Source: Candidatus Latescibacterota bacterium
Lineage (GTDB): Bacteria; Latescibacterota; CBDEFO01
Direction: 5' to 3'
DNA: 64,000 bases
Assembly (NCBI GenBank): GCA_965248755.1
Contig: OZ252149.1
Coordinates: forward strand, 1,312,001 to 1,376,000
Part shown: one piece after another, positions 52,094 through 62,339 of the stretch
Numbering within the stretch: the first letter of the stretch is position 1
How the letters are laid out: each line of letters begins with the position of its first letter
The notes under the pieces: generated by a model
Seen by the model: the letters and a program-made list of their open reading frames with translations, nothing else
Told to the model about the DNA's origin: nothing
Database searches by the model: none
Position numbers and translations under genes: made by a program

Positions 52094-53113
52094 CTATCCC
52101 TGAAGTTCCTTTCTTACGATCTCTGCCCCTTCTACCATGTTTTTAAGCTTGATACAGGAGATCCACCTGGGAAGCTGAAAGAATCCGCAGTCGGGGTTAA
52201 TGTATAACTTCTCCGGCGGAACGTATTTCAGCACCTCCCTTATCCTTTCTGCAACGTCCTGGGGAGTCTCCACGTAGAAGGACTTGATGTCCACCAGGCC
52301 CGCTCCAAATTCCCTTTCTTCGTCGAACTCCTTATAGATGTCTATTTCGCTCATCTCCCTGTTTGCAAATTCAAAAACGAACTGGTCTACTCTGGCGTCC
52401 AGAAGGTCGGGGAACATCCAGCGGTATGCCCTCTTTCCTCTGGAGCGGCTGGCAAGATTTCCAAAGCAGATGTGAATTCCTATCTTTGCGTTTACGCCCT
52501 CCACCGACCTGTTGAATAGCTCCACCCAATCTTTAGTGGCCCCGGGGATGATGGCGTAAGACGGCTCATCGAGTTGTATCCAGTCCGCCCCAGCTTCGAC
52601 GAGGCTTTTGAGTTCTTTGTTCACCACGTCCGCAAATTCCCACGCAAGCTCTAATCGGTCTTTATAGACCTTACCGGGTTTTATATGTATAGTAAGAGTT
52701 AAAGGTCCAGGGCAGGTTGCTTTTACGGCTCTGTTAGTGTTCTGCTTGAGGTATTCAAACTCCTCCACGATACCCAGGCCTTCAGGGACGGTGATCTTTT
52801 CCTCAGCGAGCCATCTCTGCGGGCTGTCGTACCCGTACAGTCCGACCTTACGGAGTGGAGGCTCCGAAACGATTCCCTTGAAGCGTCTGTAGAAACTCTG
52901 GACAAAGTACCACCTCCTCATTTCGCCGTCAGTTATGATGTCTATGCCCGCTTTCTCCTGGTCGAGGATAGCGATGTTGACGGCATCGTCGAAGGTCTCC
53001 TTTATATCTGTCTGGCCGTAGTTGCCCTTGTCTATTTCGTCCAGGGCGGTCCAGAGCCAGCTGGGTGTTGCGTAGCTTCCTACTACTGTTGTGGGAAGGA
53101 GGAGATCTGACAT
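52094..53113 (-). CDS. Cobalamin-independent methionine synthase II family protein (single domain)
   Basis: TTVVGS, DGEMRR, QLDEP, HICFGN, PDCGF. Confidence 0.9.
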   Translation of the reverse strand: MSDLLLPTTVVGSYATPSWLWTALDEIDKGNYGQTDIKETFDDAVNIAILDQEKAGIDIITDGEMRRWYFVQSFYRRFKGIVSEPPLRKVGLYGYDSPQRWLAEEKITVPEGLGIVEEFEYLKQNTNRAVKATCPGPLTLTIHIKPGKVYKDRLELAWEFADVVNKELKSLVEAGADWIQLDEPSYAIIPGATKDWVELFNRSVEGVNAKIGIHICFGNLASRSRGKRAYRWMFPDLLDARVDQFVFEFANREMSEIDIYKEFDEEREFGAGLVDIKSFYVETPQDVAERIREVLKYVPPEKLYINPDCGFFQLPRWISCIKLKNMVEGAEIVRKELQG

Positions 53114-53474
53114 CTTATTTCCTTTCTCTGTAGTTTATGAACGCTCTGTTGCTGGCAAGGTAGAGAGGCGATTAAAATATACTGATAGAACTATCCGATG
53201 TCAAGCTTCGAAGGGTCTGCAGCTTAAAATACAGAGTAGATAAGCAACCAAACCCAATCATTAAGCGTCTTATTCTGTAGACATCAAGTAAGCATTAAAG
53301 TATATTTGTGCGGGTTGTAAGAAGATGGATCCCCATTGCCCCCTGTACAAAAAAGGAGGATCAAGGCAATGTCATTGCGAGTTCCCGATTGAATCTATTA
53401 GGGGTCGGGGAAGCGAAGTAATCTCATTCAAAGATTCTAACCATAACCAGTGTCATCAAGGCGGGATACAAATT

Positions 53475-54134
53475 ATGAGACTTGTCTATTTGCTGTTCCT
53501 TAGGAGTATGACCGTTTTGCTTTTGGGTGCTACAGGGATCGCTGCGCAAGAGGGCCGGGGAGATAATGAATTAGAATCCGTACGGAAGGCCATCCGCACC
53601 AGAACTTCTGACTCTATTGCAGCTATCGACAACCCGCAATTCGTGAGCGTCGAGGAAGCCGAAAGCTTCCTGAATCCCGCTGACGGAGTAATTGGGGTAC
53701 ATCTCAGAGGCATCGCCAAAGCATATCCGATCAAATTTCTGGGTGGCCGCGAAGTAGTCAACGATTCGCTCGGCTCGGACCCAATCGCTGTGACATGGTG
53801 ACCCATAGTGGCAGAGGATATCGTGCATATTCCCAAAATAGACCGCCAGATCGCCATAAGTCGTGGGATCAGGGACACCAGTTTTACCTTCGGAGTGTCA
53901 GGAATACTGCGCAATAGCGCTTTGGTTCTGTATGACCGCAACACTTTCAGCTTATGGACTCAAAAGGGCGTTGCTATTGCCGGCCCTTTGAAGGGCATCC
54001 GCTTAAAAGATATCCCTTCAGAGCGCACGACCTGGGAAAAGTGGAAGATGAAATACCTACATTCTCTGGTGATGGTCAAACCACCGCGCTCCACAGGACG
54101 TCCGAAAATCCCTTCGCGGAAACGTTTTCGTTAG
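53475..54134 (+). CDS. DUF3179-domain protein, probable selenoprotein (in-frame TGA at 53799-53801)
   Basis: Two in-frame ORFs joined as VTW-U-PIV at the family's TYCP Cys position; FGVSG.L.NS.LVLYDR.T.SLW.Q follows. Confidence 0.8.
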
Positions 54135-54211
54135 TCGGCCCATCTTAACCTCTCTGCCTGTTGTGACACGATTTTTCCTATAAACTTTCTGTACAAAAAA
54201 ACTAAACGTTT

Positions 54212-54446
54212 TAGCCCGAATAATTCACACAAAAAGGCCGTGTATTAATTAAGGGATTGTATTATATTATAGTTATGCTGTTTAAGCTCCTTCGGTGTCC
54301 TTGCGAGCCGAAGGCGAAGCAATCTCGATTCTGTGGTAGATGTAATACTCTCCGGCTCTCATAGGAGACCACTATAAAACCGTGAGATTGCTTCGTCGCT
54401 TTGGTCCCCGCAATGACTCCACCAAGTTTATGAATTAATCGCGTTA
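54212..54446 (-). mobile_element. MITE copy 4 (inverted)
   Basis: Reverse complement of the 44475 element, with TA ends. Confidence 0.9.
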
Positions 54447-54834
54447 GAAAAGTTTTTCTCAGAAAAACGCGTCATCCAATGGCCAGGGATCGCATAAACG
54501 CTGCAGTGACACGACACGTTTTGGTAGCCCCCAAAACGCGTCACTCTGACAAAAATCTGTCCAGATTCTCCTTCGGAACAGCATCATAAACTTCTATCTT
54601 CGAGGCAGGGTTATGGAGGATCTCGAAGAGCTTGTCAAAATCTTCCTTCAAGGCTGTACCGTGGTAGTAGGTCTTCCTATCTTTTCTTTCCCTCCCTTTT
54701 TTAAATCTCTTATTCATTCATCTGCCGAAAGCCTGTGCACTTTGCGGCCGTTCTCTTCACGCCATTTCAAATGTTCCCTGTATGCCCTGCCTGCTTCCAC
54801 CCTCTGGACAAACAATCTTGACGGAGGAGGATAG

Positions 54835-54875
54835 AAAAAGCCCCGTCCTCCTGAAAGAGCGGGGCTAAACTTTTG
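54835..54875 (-). terminator. Intrinsic terminator after the cyclase gene
   Basis: agccccg...cggggct hairpin with A/T tracts. Confidence 0.6.
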
Positions 54876-54894
54876 CGTTCCTACCTTCTTTCAA

Positions 54895-55923
54895 CTATCT
54901 TATCGCAATGGGCCTCATTGTAAATCCTGCAGTAGCGCCCTTTATTTTATTTGTGACACCTATGTAGAGGAATTCATATACCTCATCTTTTGCCAGATCC
55001 TCTAAATAGTGAAACTCAGCTATGTGCACTCCCTGTTCTATCAAGAGGTACTCATGTACCGGCACAAAACTTGTGCTCCCCTGGGGTGGAGGCTGCTGTT
55101 CGAGGCCGGACGTGTCAGATCCTATCATAATCGTCCCCTTGTCCTCCACCAGCCACTTGGCCGAAGCCAGATTTATCCCTGCTCTGTCGTGAGCTTCTAT
55201 CTTCTCGTGATCTGCACCCGTTTCGCCCCAATATATTAGAGTCCCCGTCCTTATCAACACAGTGTCCCCCGGCTTCAGTTCCACGCCCTGCTCTTTTAAA
55301 GCCCCACTCAGGTCATCCGGTGTGATGCCATATCCGCTCTCTAAAGCCTCTTGGCCCTTGAACTTTGCAACATCTATCATCACGCCCCTCGTCACGACAG
55401 GAGGGATGTTCTCGGCTCCTGCCTTCCTCGGCCCCCAATTTCCTCCCCAATCCTCCTCTTTGAACCCGTTGTACCAGTGATTATCCTCCCCGACAGTGAC
55501 GTGTCCAAGACCGTCTATCTGCGTGGCAACGTTGTCCGACAGAAAAAGAGCGTTGCTGTGCCAGGCAAGCCCAGCGGGATTTACCTCGGGCGCAACAAAC
55601 GGGAGGTCCTGCTGTCTCTTTACGCCCTCAGGGGTCCTGAAAGATATGATCTCGGCTGGAGAATGTCCCGGCCACTTATACGATGTCCTGTCGTACAAGA
55701 TCCCCAGATCGTAGACCTTGCCCTCCTTGACCAGTTTAACAGCCTTTAACACACTCTTTTCGGTCATAGCGTTCAATGCTCCGACTTCGTCATCAGGACC
55801 CCAAATCCACCCCCAGCCCTCTCCCTTCTTCCATCCCTTAATATCTCCAGCCCATGTTTCAAAGGATGCGACGATTAAAAGAGCCGCAAGAACCGATAGC
55901 CACAGATGCCAGAATCTCACCAT
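54895..55923 (-). CDS. Secreted cyclase-family (kynurenine formamidase-like) metallohydrolase
   Basis: WGPDDEVGALN, TQIDGLGH, GDTVLIRTG, IGSD. Confidence 0.9.
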   Translation of the reverse strand: MVRFWHLWLSVLAALLIVASFETWAGDIKGWKKGEGWGWIWGPDDEVGALNAMTEKSVLKAVKLVKEGKVYDLGILYDRTSYKWPGHSPAEIISFRTPEGVKRQQDLPFVAPEVNPAGLAWHSNALFLSDNVATQIDGLGHVTVGEDNHWYNGFKEEDWGGNWGPRKAGAENIPPVVTRGVMIDVAKFKGQEALESGYGITPDDLSGALKEQGVELKPGDTVLIRTGTLIYWGETGADHEKIEAHDRAGINLASAKWLVEDKGTIMIGSDTSGLEQQPPPQGSTSFVPVHEYLLIEQGVHIAEFHYLEDLAKDEVYEFLYIGVTNKIKGATAGFTMRPIAIR

Positions 55924-56132
55924 TTTGATACCTCCTTACGGTTAGGGATTTACCTTGAACACATCCGATGATCCTGATTCAGAGCCAACAAACCTGGTTT
56001 CCCTTGGCTTGCGAATTTGATTCTCTCCTCTCTGATCTAAATACCACTCCCCAGCAGCATATCGCTATTCCATCTGGAGGCCTTTAAATAGGTCTACCAC
56101 CGAGATCCCCCCCGATAGATTCAATCGGGGGT

Positions 56133-57626
56133 CTACGAGTCCGGTTGGTAGTTCAAGCTGGACGCATACGGACCGTATTCGACTACGATTTCCACATCTT
56201 CAATTATCACTCCTCCTTTGAACCCATCGGGTCTCTTCTCCAACGACACCTCTAACAGGTTCTCACCCTTATGTGGACGTTCCCCTTCCAAGTGTAATTC
56301 CAACCACTGACCGGGGTACGGAACATTACTTTCTCCGATCTTGTGTGGTCCGCCGAATGTGCGCGTGCAAGTCTCTTTGGACAGAGACCTCCCGTTCAGC
56401 AGGATCGCAAGATTGTCCGCCGTCACCAGATTACTGACGTTGATCTTAAGTCGTACTTCACGCACGCGCTCAGAAGAACCTTGTATATCATCTGATATAT
56501 AGAAGGGGATCTCATAGCGTCTGTTCGGATCCGCAGACGGGATTTCAATCGGCAGTGCCGCATCATATACAAGCCCGATACCTGTAGCTTCGCACCGCCT
56601 CGGCAGTACATAGTGCTTTTCCCCCTCTTTTGATAGTTCGGGATCGCCTATCTCCGTGAGAATTCTGCGTTCCGCATCTCCTAATGGCCACTTCAAAAAC
56701 CAGGTGTAGAGACCATCGACGCCTCGATCCCAGAAGTTTCCCGCAGCAGCTCGCATCATCTCAGGTGTAGCATACTTTCTCAGATGAGATCCTACGCTCT
56801 CTGCTTCTGAGTAGGGTTGAAGCACTGCGTAGACAGATGCGCTGTCGTTTTGATGAGCCGATTGAATGAGCCAATCAATGGGCATGTCAGGGTCAAGTAT
56901 AAAGTAGCCGTACAAAAACGGCACCACAAAGTCAACGATTCCCTCCTCAAACCACGTGCGCACGTCCAATCCCGCCTCAAGGCACATCTTTTCGGTGGGG
57001 AATACGCGAGCTCCGACCTGCCCAGGCTCGCCCGGCCTATTCCGGACCATCTGGGAGATCTTACCGACGTACTCTGTCATCAACGGAGTGTGCTTTTCCA
57101 CTTCGTCGGGCTTGAAGAAGAACGGGGGATAGCCGAAGTCCAGCTCTATCCCCTCTACAGAATACTCTGTAGCCAGCTCCTCAAGGACTGCAAACTGATG
57201 ATCGCGCGCCTCTGGATGAGCAAAGTTCAGACAGCCCTCCATCGGCCCGGGCACACCGATCTGATAGTGCGGTTCACTCCCGCTGAAGGATCCCATACGC
57301 AGGCTTGCGAAAAAGTCTATACCTGCCTCATGCGCCCGGTCGATGAGCACAGTTAGTGGATCGAGGCCCCTGTCAATCAGGCTCTGCATATTCTTCCGTG
57401 CACGCCACGCATAAGCGAATGGACTTTGATCTCCACCCCATTGTGCTCCAATCTTAGAGGGGTAGAAGAGTCCGCCACTTGAGACTCCGTAGATGAACGT
57501 GTCAACGGCGGTGCCTGCGACTTCGTCTATCGGCCTCCAGGCGTCCTCCAGCTTCATGGGGGGCTCGAAGGCGTATAGATAATAGTGGCGTGCATCGTTA
57601 AAGTAGATCGTTCGACGTCGTCTCAT
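56133..57626 (-). CDS. GHL10-like TIM-barrel protein
   Basis: YFNDARH, FASLRM, LNFAHPE.R, EGIELDF. Confidence 0.7.
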   Translation of the reverse strand: MRRRRTIYFNDARHYYLYAFEPPMKLEDAWRPIDEVAGTAVDTFIYGVSSGGLFYPSKIGAQWGGDQSPFAYAWRARKNMQSLIDRGLDPLTVLIDRAHEAGIDFFASLRMGSFSGSEPHYQIGVPGPMEGCLNFAHPEARDHQFAVLEELATEYSVEGIELDFGYPPFFFKPDEVEKHTPLMTEYVGKISQMVRNRPGEPGQVGARVFPTEKMCLEAGLDVRTWFEEGIVDFVVPFLYGYFILDPDMPIDWLIQSAHQNDSASVYAVLQPYSEAESVGSHLRKYATPEMMRAAAGNFWDRGVDGLYTWFLKWPLGDAERRILTEIGDPELSKEGEKHYVLPRRCEATGIGLVYDAALPIEIPSADPNRRYEIPFYISDDIQGSSERVREVRLKINVSNLVTADNLAILLNGRSLSKETCTRTFGGPHKIGESNVPYPGQWLELHLEGERPHKGENLLEVSLEKRPDGFKGGVIIEDVEIVVEYGPYASSLNYQPDS

Positions 57627-57871
57627 GGATAACCTCCATTTTCTTTGTTAATTCCAAACCTATCTTTCATTTAATTCAGTTCGCCAACTCATCTACCGCA
57701 ACCCCCGATCCCGCCGACCCTCAATAGATTCAATTAGGTGTTCAATCGGCGGGTACACTCAATCGGGGATTCAATCGAGCGTTGAGCGTTAGGAACCAGC
57801 TAAATTTGTCGTAAACTGTCCGGCGACCGCGTCAGAGTGGGAACTTGGTTCGGAATAGTAGATGGCATCTG

Positions 57872-59557
57872 CTACTTTTTCTTCAAAGTGATCGGTTGTT
57901 GTCCGATCCGCGACAGCGAAACCGTCCCCTTGAACGGCTCGTACTCACTGCTGTACCTCTTATAAACCTCTATCTCCACATCCCTAGGCACGGGAGCCTC
58001 CACCGCCCGGTGAAAGAAACCGTATTGGTCGGTGTGGCAGTGCCACTGATCTATCTCCACACAGACACCCCCAATTGCCCTGTCTTGCTCATCTACCACC
58101 TGACCGCGCACTGCTCGACCCGCTTTGAGGCTAAAGTCCTGCGACTCCGCCTGCGGCCCGACCCTAATATGTCGATGCTCTGGCGCGTAATCTTCTGCCT
58201 CCACTGTTAGTACCAGCTCACCGAGCTTGACGGCCTCGAATCGGAACTTCCCCTGCGTGTCGGTCTCCACCGTCGGGAAACCGCTACCCTTCTGAATCGA
58301 TCGGTATCCCAATTCGGGAATATATTCCGCCAGCACCATCCGGGTTGGGTGATCATTGGGAAAGGTGACTCGCTTCGACCACCCGACGGGATCCACTGCC
58401 CAGGAGTCGGCAGCGTAGCGGTTCGGGCTCCGCTCCACCTTCGCGCCCACAATCGGGTTGTCCTGTTCATCCAGGGCGCGTCCCGTCAACACCGCGCGCG
58501 CCGGAGATACCTGCACACGCTCGACTGTGATCGGAAAGACCTTTGTGCCATCCTCGTCGCTTCCGATAGCCACCAGCTTGTTCGGGCCAACCTTTATCAT
58601 ATCAAACTGGCCGGTGTTGGAGGGCTCAATCAAATGCGTGAAGCTGATGCGGTTGCCCCATGTGTGCCCATTGTCCGTGCTGAAGGCCACGTGGAATCCC
58701 GGCCGTCCATACTCGCACGCTACCACACCGTTATCCAGCACCTGCAGTGTCGGCGAGATATTCATCAGGTGGGGATTCGTCGGCACCGGCTCGGTCCACG
58801 TCTTTCCCTGATCGTCCGACCAACAGACGTACATCGGCTTGTATTCCGCCGGCACGTGCGAGTACTGCGCCCGAAGCATGGCCAGCATCTGCCCGTTCGG
58901 CAGGAGAGCGATGCTCGGCTCGCAAGAGCCGAGGTACTGACCCGGAAGCTCAGGGTTCGGATCATCGGAATCATAGGCTATTGTCGCGTAATACCGCCAC
59001 GTGTGGCCTTGGTCATCCGATCTGATCAGGTACGCCCGGTGTTGAATATCGCCCTCAAATCTGCCGTACACCGGCGCTAGCACATCTCCGTTAGGAAGTT
59101 GTAGCATCTTACCTTTGGCAAAGGTAAGATCTCGTACGTCAAGACCAGGCGCAACAATGGGGACGTACACCTGAGCTATCTCCGTCTCCCAGTTCATCAT
59201 GTCATCGGTGAACCGGAGAAAGAGCGTATCGAAGCAGTACTCTTCCCCTTCAGTAGAGGAATCAACGATCGAGGCAGGCATGATCACGCCGCCGTCGCGC
59301 AGTGTCCCGCTGTTCTGGCCGCCGCCCAGCTCAGGTGGAGAATCCATCTCCTGACTCCACGTCAGCCCGCTATCGGTGGAGATCCGGTAAAACGCAGGCC
59401 GCGTACCGGGCTTTGGATAGAACGCCGCCACGACCCCTGTCCGCGACACCATCAAAACCGAGGTATTCTGATAGGCCAAAGAGCTGAGCTTAGTTGGCTC
59501 GCCGAGGGTGATCTTCAGGATTTCGGTCTGTTCAGCACGCGTATATATCTTATCCAC
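57872..59557 (-). CDS. Sialidase-family protein with carboxypeptidase-regulatory-like domains
   Basis: SxDxGxTW boxes; TD..G.F.F beta-sandwich repeats. Confidence 0.85.
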   Translation of the reverse strand: MDKIYTRAEQTEILKITLGEPTKLSSLAYQNTSVLMVSRTGVVAAFYPKPGTRPAFYRISTDSGLTWSQEMDSPPELGGGQNSGTLRDGGVIMPASIVDSSTEGEEYCFDTLFLRFTDDMMNWETEIAQVYVPIVAPGLDVRDLTFAKGKMLQLPNGDVLAPVYGRFEGDIQHRAYLIRSDDQGHTWRYYATIAYDSDDPNPELPGQYLGSCEPSIALLPNGQMLAMLRAQYSHVPAEYKPMYVCWSDDQGKTWTEPVPTNPHLMNISPTLQVLDNGVVACEYGRPGFHVAFSTDNGHTWGNRISFTHLIEPSNTGQFDMIKVGPNKLVAIGSDEDGTKVFPITVERVQVSPARAVLTGRALDEQDNPIVGAKVERSPNRYAADSWAVDPVGWSKRVTFPNDHPTRMVLAEYIPELGYRSIQKGSGFPTVETDTQGKFRFEAVKLGELVLTVEAEDYAPEHRHIRVGPQAESQDFSLKAGRAVRGQVVDEQDRAIGGVCVEIDQWHCHTDQYGFFHRAVEAPVPRDVEIEVYKRYSSEYEPFKGTVSLSRIGQQPITLKKK

Positions 59558-59695
59558 AGGTGATTGACTCCGAGTATGATTTACGTTAAGAAACCTGCAG
59601 AGCTGTTCTCAGAACCTGAAGTCTTGCTCCAATATATCCTGTTATGCTATGGATGTCAACCGGAAAGGGGTGCGACCACTGCGAACGGGAATATG

Positions 59696-59794
59696 TAGGG
59701 GCAGACCCGCGTGTCTGCCCTGAAAATACGGAGGTGCCTGTGCGTGTCCGCAAATAGACACGTAAATTGGCCGAACACATGGGTTAGCCCCTGC
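59696..59794. repeat. GTAG-type REP pair
   Basis: GTAGGGGCAGACCCGCGTGTCTGCCC...GGCCGAACACATGGGTTAGCCCCTGC; degenerate relatives near 23016, 24474 and 48560. Confidence 0.65.
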
Positions 59795-59805
59795 TTATTT
59801 GCTGT

Positions 59806-60312
59806 TCACAGCTCAGCGGCCCTGAGCCTTTTAATAAGAACCGGGACCATAAAAAGGGCGATCAGAATCTCAGGGATCACATAGCTTCCGTTGTAAAGGG
59901 CGGAGTAGATCCAGACCGGAGTTCCCTGTGTAGCGTACTCCCCGAAGAATATCACACCTGACAGAAAGTGAGACGATCCTCTTGCCAGGCCTCCGATTAT
60001 AATTCCTGCAAAGGGCAGCTGTGTGAAGAATCCAGAGATACCCAGAAGCCCAAAGGCAAGAGGATAGTCTAACACGAGTTGGAGAGGGTGAATGATGTAA
60101 GGGTCTATTATAAGCTGGAGGAATCCCAGAATAGCCCCGGCGGTCATCCCTACTTTGGGGCCATCTCTTAAAGCGAGGATATAGATGGGTACGGCCTCAA
60201 GGGTTATAGATCCTCCATAGGGCATCCTATAGATCCTGACTAGAGAAAGCAGAACGCCCAATCCACACGCTGCTGCGATTTGGGCGACTTTTCTTGTCTC
60301 TAAAGCACCCAT
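59806..60312 (-). CDS. thiT: Energy-coupled thiamine transporter S component
   Basis: MPYGGSIT, IIHPLQLVLDYPLAF, HFLSGVIFF, YSALYN. Confidence 0.92.
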   Translation of the reverse strand: MGALETRKVAQIAAACGLGVLLSLVRIYRMPYGGSITLEAVPIYILALRDGPKVGMTAGAILGFLQLIIDPYIIHPLQLVLDYPLAFGLLGISGFFTQLPFAGIIIGGLARGSSHFLSGVIFFGEYATQGTPVWIYSALYNGSYVIPEILIALFMVPVLIKRLRAAEL

Positions 60313-61499
60313 CAGTTTACGGAGTAGCTCTTAAAGCCCTCGTAGAACGTCTGCACAGTCACCTTGATAATCCCCGTTATAGGGACAGCAAGGATCATAC
60401 CTATGATTCCGAGCAGTTGACTCCCGACCAGGACTACAAAGAGCACGACCACAGGATGCAGATTGACACTCCTTGCCACCACAACCGGAGAGATAAAAAC
60501 TCCATCGAGAGTCTGGATCACCGCAAATGTCAACGCAGCCGGAACGAAACCTCCGATCCCCTTTTGAATCAAAGAGACGATGATCACTATCGAGGCTGTA
60601 GTTATAGGGCCAAGATACGGAATGAGATTTAAGACTCCGGCAGCCACCCCTATGACAAGATAGTACTTCAATCCTATTATCCGGAGCGCAGTCGTCCACA
60701 GTAAAGCTATGGTAATAGAGACCGTAAGTTGACCCCTTATGTATCCGCCTATTTGCTTATCTATCCTGTAAATGAGGTTCAAAATCATCTCAAAGTACCT
60801 GTTCGGTACGAGTTCAACGAAGCTTGCCTTGGCAGTTGGGGCCTCTTTTAGCACAAAGAACGCCACTACAGGAGCTATTACCAGGAAGAATATTAAGGAG
60901 AAGAGGTTGACTACCAAAGACACCGATCTTCCTAAGAGCTGTGCAAGAAGTTTCCCTATGTTCTTAAATATGTCCTCCGAATATTGGCTTATCTGATCTG
61001 TGATGCTCTCAGCCTTAAATCCTGGGATAAGATCGGACATAAAGCGCGGTAGCCGCGATTCTATTTGAGTTTGTAACTTCCCGATAAGTTCGTGTGCATA
61101 TTCAGAAAGCGCAGCCCCCACCGTATCTGAAGCAGCGCTCCTGGTTGTCTCAAGCGAATCTGGGTGCGCGCTTTCTGTGGCGGCCAGAAGAGCCGGTAAT
61201 ATATTTCCTGTCAGTCCCTTTATTTCGTTGGCAAGTAGAGGTGCAACAAATATCATGATTAAGACTGCCAATAGAGCGAGCACCAAGTAGATTATCAAGA
61301 TAGCCCATCCGCGCCCTATGCCTAATCCTTCGAGTCTGTTGACCACAGGATTGAATAGATAGGCAATAAGAAAGGCCAGTGCGAACGGGAACAGTATGCC
61401 CTTGATGGCTATCAAAAACCATACAACAAGTGAAATAGCCGCCAGGATAAGGAGGATCTTAATTATCTGTGTGGACGCAGGAAAACCGGCAGCAGCCAC
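60312..61499 (-). CDS. AI-2E family transporter
   Basis: YIRGQL, LIPYLGP, LHP, GMILAVP. Confidence 0.92.
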   Translation of the reverse strand: MAAAGFPASTQIIKILLILAAISLVVWFLIAIKGILFPFALAFLIAYLFNPVVNRLEGLGIGRGWAILIIYLVLALLAVLIMIFVAPLLANEIKGLTGNILPALLAATESAHPDSLETTRSAASDTVGAALSEYAHELIGKLQTQIESRLPRFMSDLIPGFKAESITDQISQYSEDIFKNIGKLLAQLLGRSVSLVVNLFSLIFFLVIAPVVAFFVLKEAPTAKASFVELVPNRYFEMILNLIYRIDKQIGGYIRGQLTVSITIALLWTTALRIIGLKYYLVIGVAAGVLNLIPYLGPITTASIVIIVSLIQKGIGGFVPAALTFAVIQTLDGVFISPVVVARSVNLHPVVVLFVVLVGSQLLGIIGMILAVPITGIIKVTVQTFYEGFKSYSVN

Positions 61500-61565
61500 T
61501 ATGCGTTCTCCCTATTTAGAGCTTATTAGACGCCGATGTTTTTACTTCTTGATCCCCAATTGAAT

Positions 61566-62171
61566 CTATCGGGGATCAATCTCTAATGCCGCCTGAACTG
61601 CTTCGATTTCCTCATTCAGCGCGTGTACTCTTTCACCGGTCATCTGATCTAGCCGTATGAGAATCTTAAGAGCCAGTCGCGGCTCTTCAGCGATGAGCTC
61701 CATCAAAGTCGATCGGTGGAAGATGATAAGTTCACTGTTACCGGAGGCTACAGCACAGACCGGATTGGGATGCTCATCCAAAAGAGACAGTTCCCCGAAG
61801 AAATCCCCTTCCTCTAAATGAGCCACCTTGCCTCGATCGTTAAGTATATCAACGCTCCCCTTTTTGATGATATAAACACCGAGGCCGATCTCGCCCCGGT
61901 TGAAGATCGCCTCGCCTTCGGCAAAGTCTTCCTTCTGGACGACCTTGCTTATCTTCTTTATCGACCGCTGGCTCAAGTACCCGAATAGGACAGACTCTTT
62001 GAGGATGCAGATCAACTCATCATTAGATGATCTTTGACCTTTGAGTATCCTGTTTCTTATAAAGTTAAGTCGCATGGAATTTTTCGTTCTGTAGGGAATG
62101 CGAGGATTGCCTGGCCGCTCAATGGCTTGCTGCCTCTCCAGCAAAGGGCCCATGATGCCGCCCATTGACAA
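61566..62171 (-). CDS. Cyclic-nucleotide-binding domain protein (start uncertain)
   Basis: VYIIKKG, GDFFGELSLL. Confidence 0.85.
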   Translation of the reverse strand: MSMGGIMGPLLERQQAIERPGNPRIPYRTKNSMRLNFIRNRILKGQRSSNDELICILKESVLFGYLSQRSIKKISKVVQKEDFAEGEAIFNRGEIGLGVYIIKKGSVDILNDRGKVAHLEEGDFFGELSLLDEHPNPVCAVASGNSELIIFHRSTLMELIAEEPRLALKILIRLDQMTGERVHALNEEIEAVQAALEIDPR

Positions 62172-62339
62172 TTTTCTTCTCTCACAATGATGCTTATCTG
62201 GCTTCGGCCTTTAGTCTTTGCGAGAACACCTCTCTCTTTACTGCCTCCACTCCTCAGCGAAGCTCCCACCGGGCCCCCCGACCCCGTCAGGAGTTGCGAC
62301 TCCTAAGGAGACGCGAAGGGGAACCAGAACCGATCTGAT

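Noticed and set aside
53325..53474. Upstream extension of the DUF3179 ORF
   Set aside because: It translates repeat DNA; the signal peptide begins at 53475 or 53508.
62172..62339. Riboswitch or ncRNA in a hairpin-rich spacer
   Set aside because: Hairpins are present but match no family I can recognise; an Rfam search would decide.
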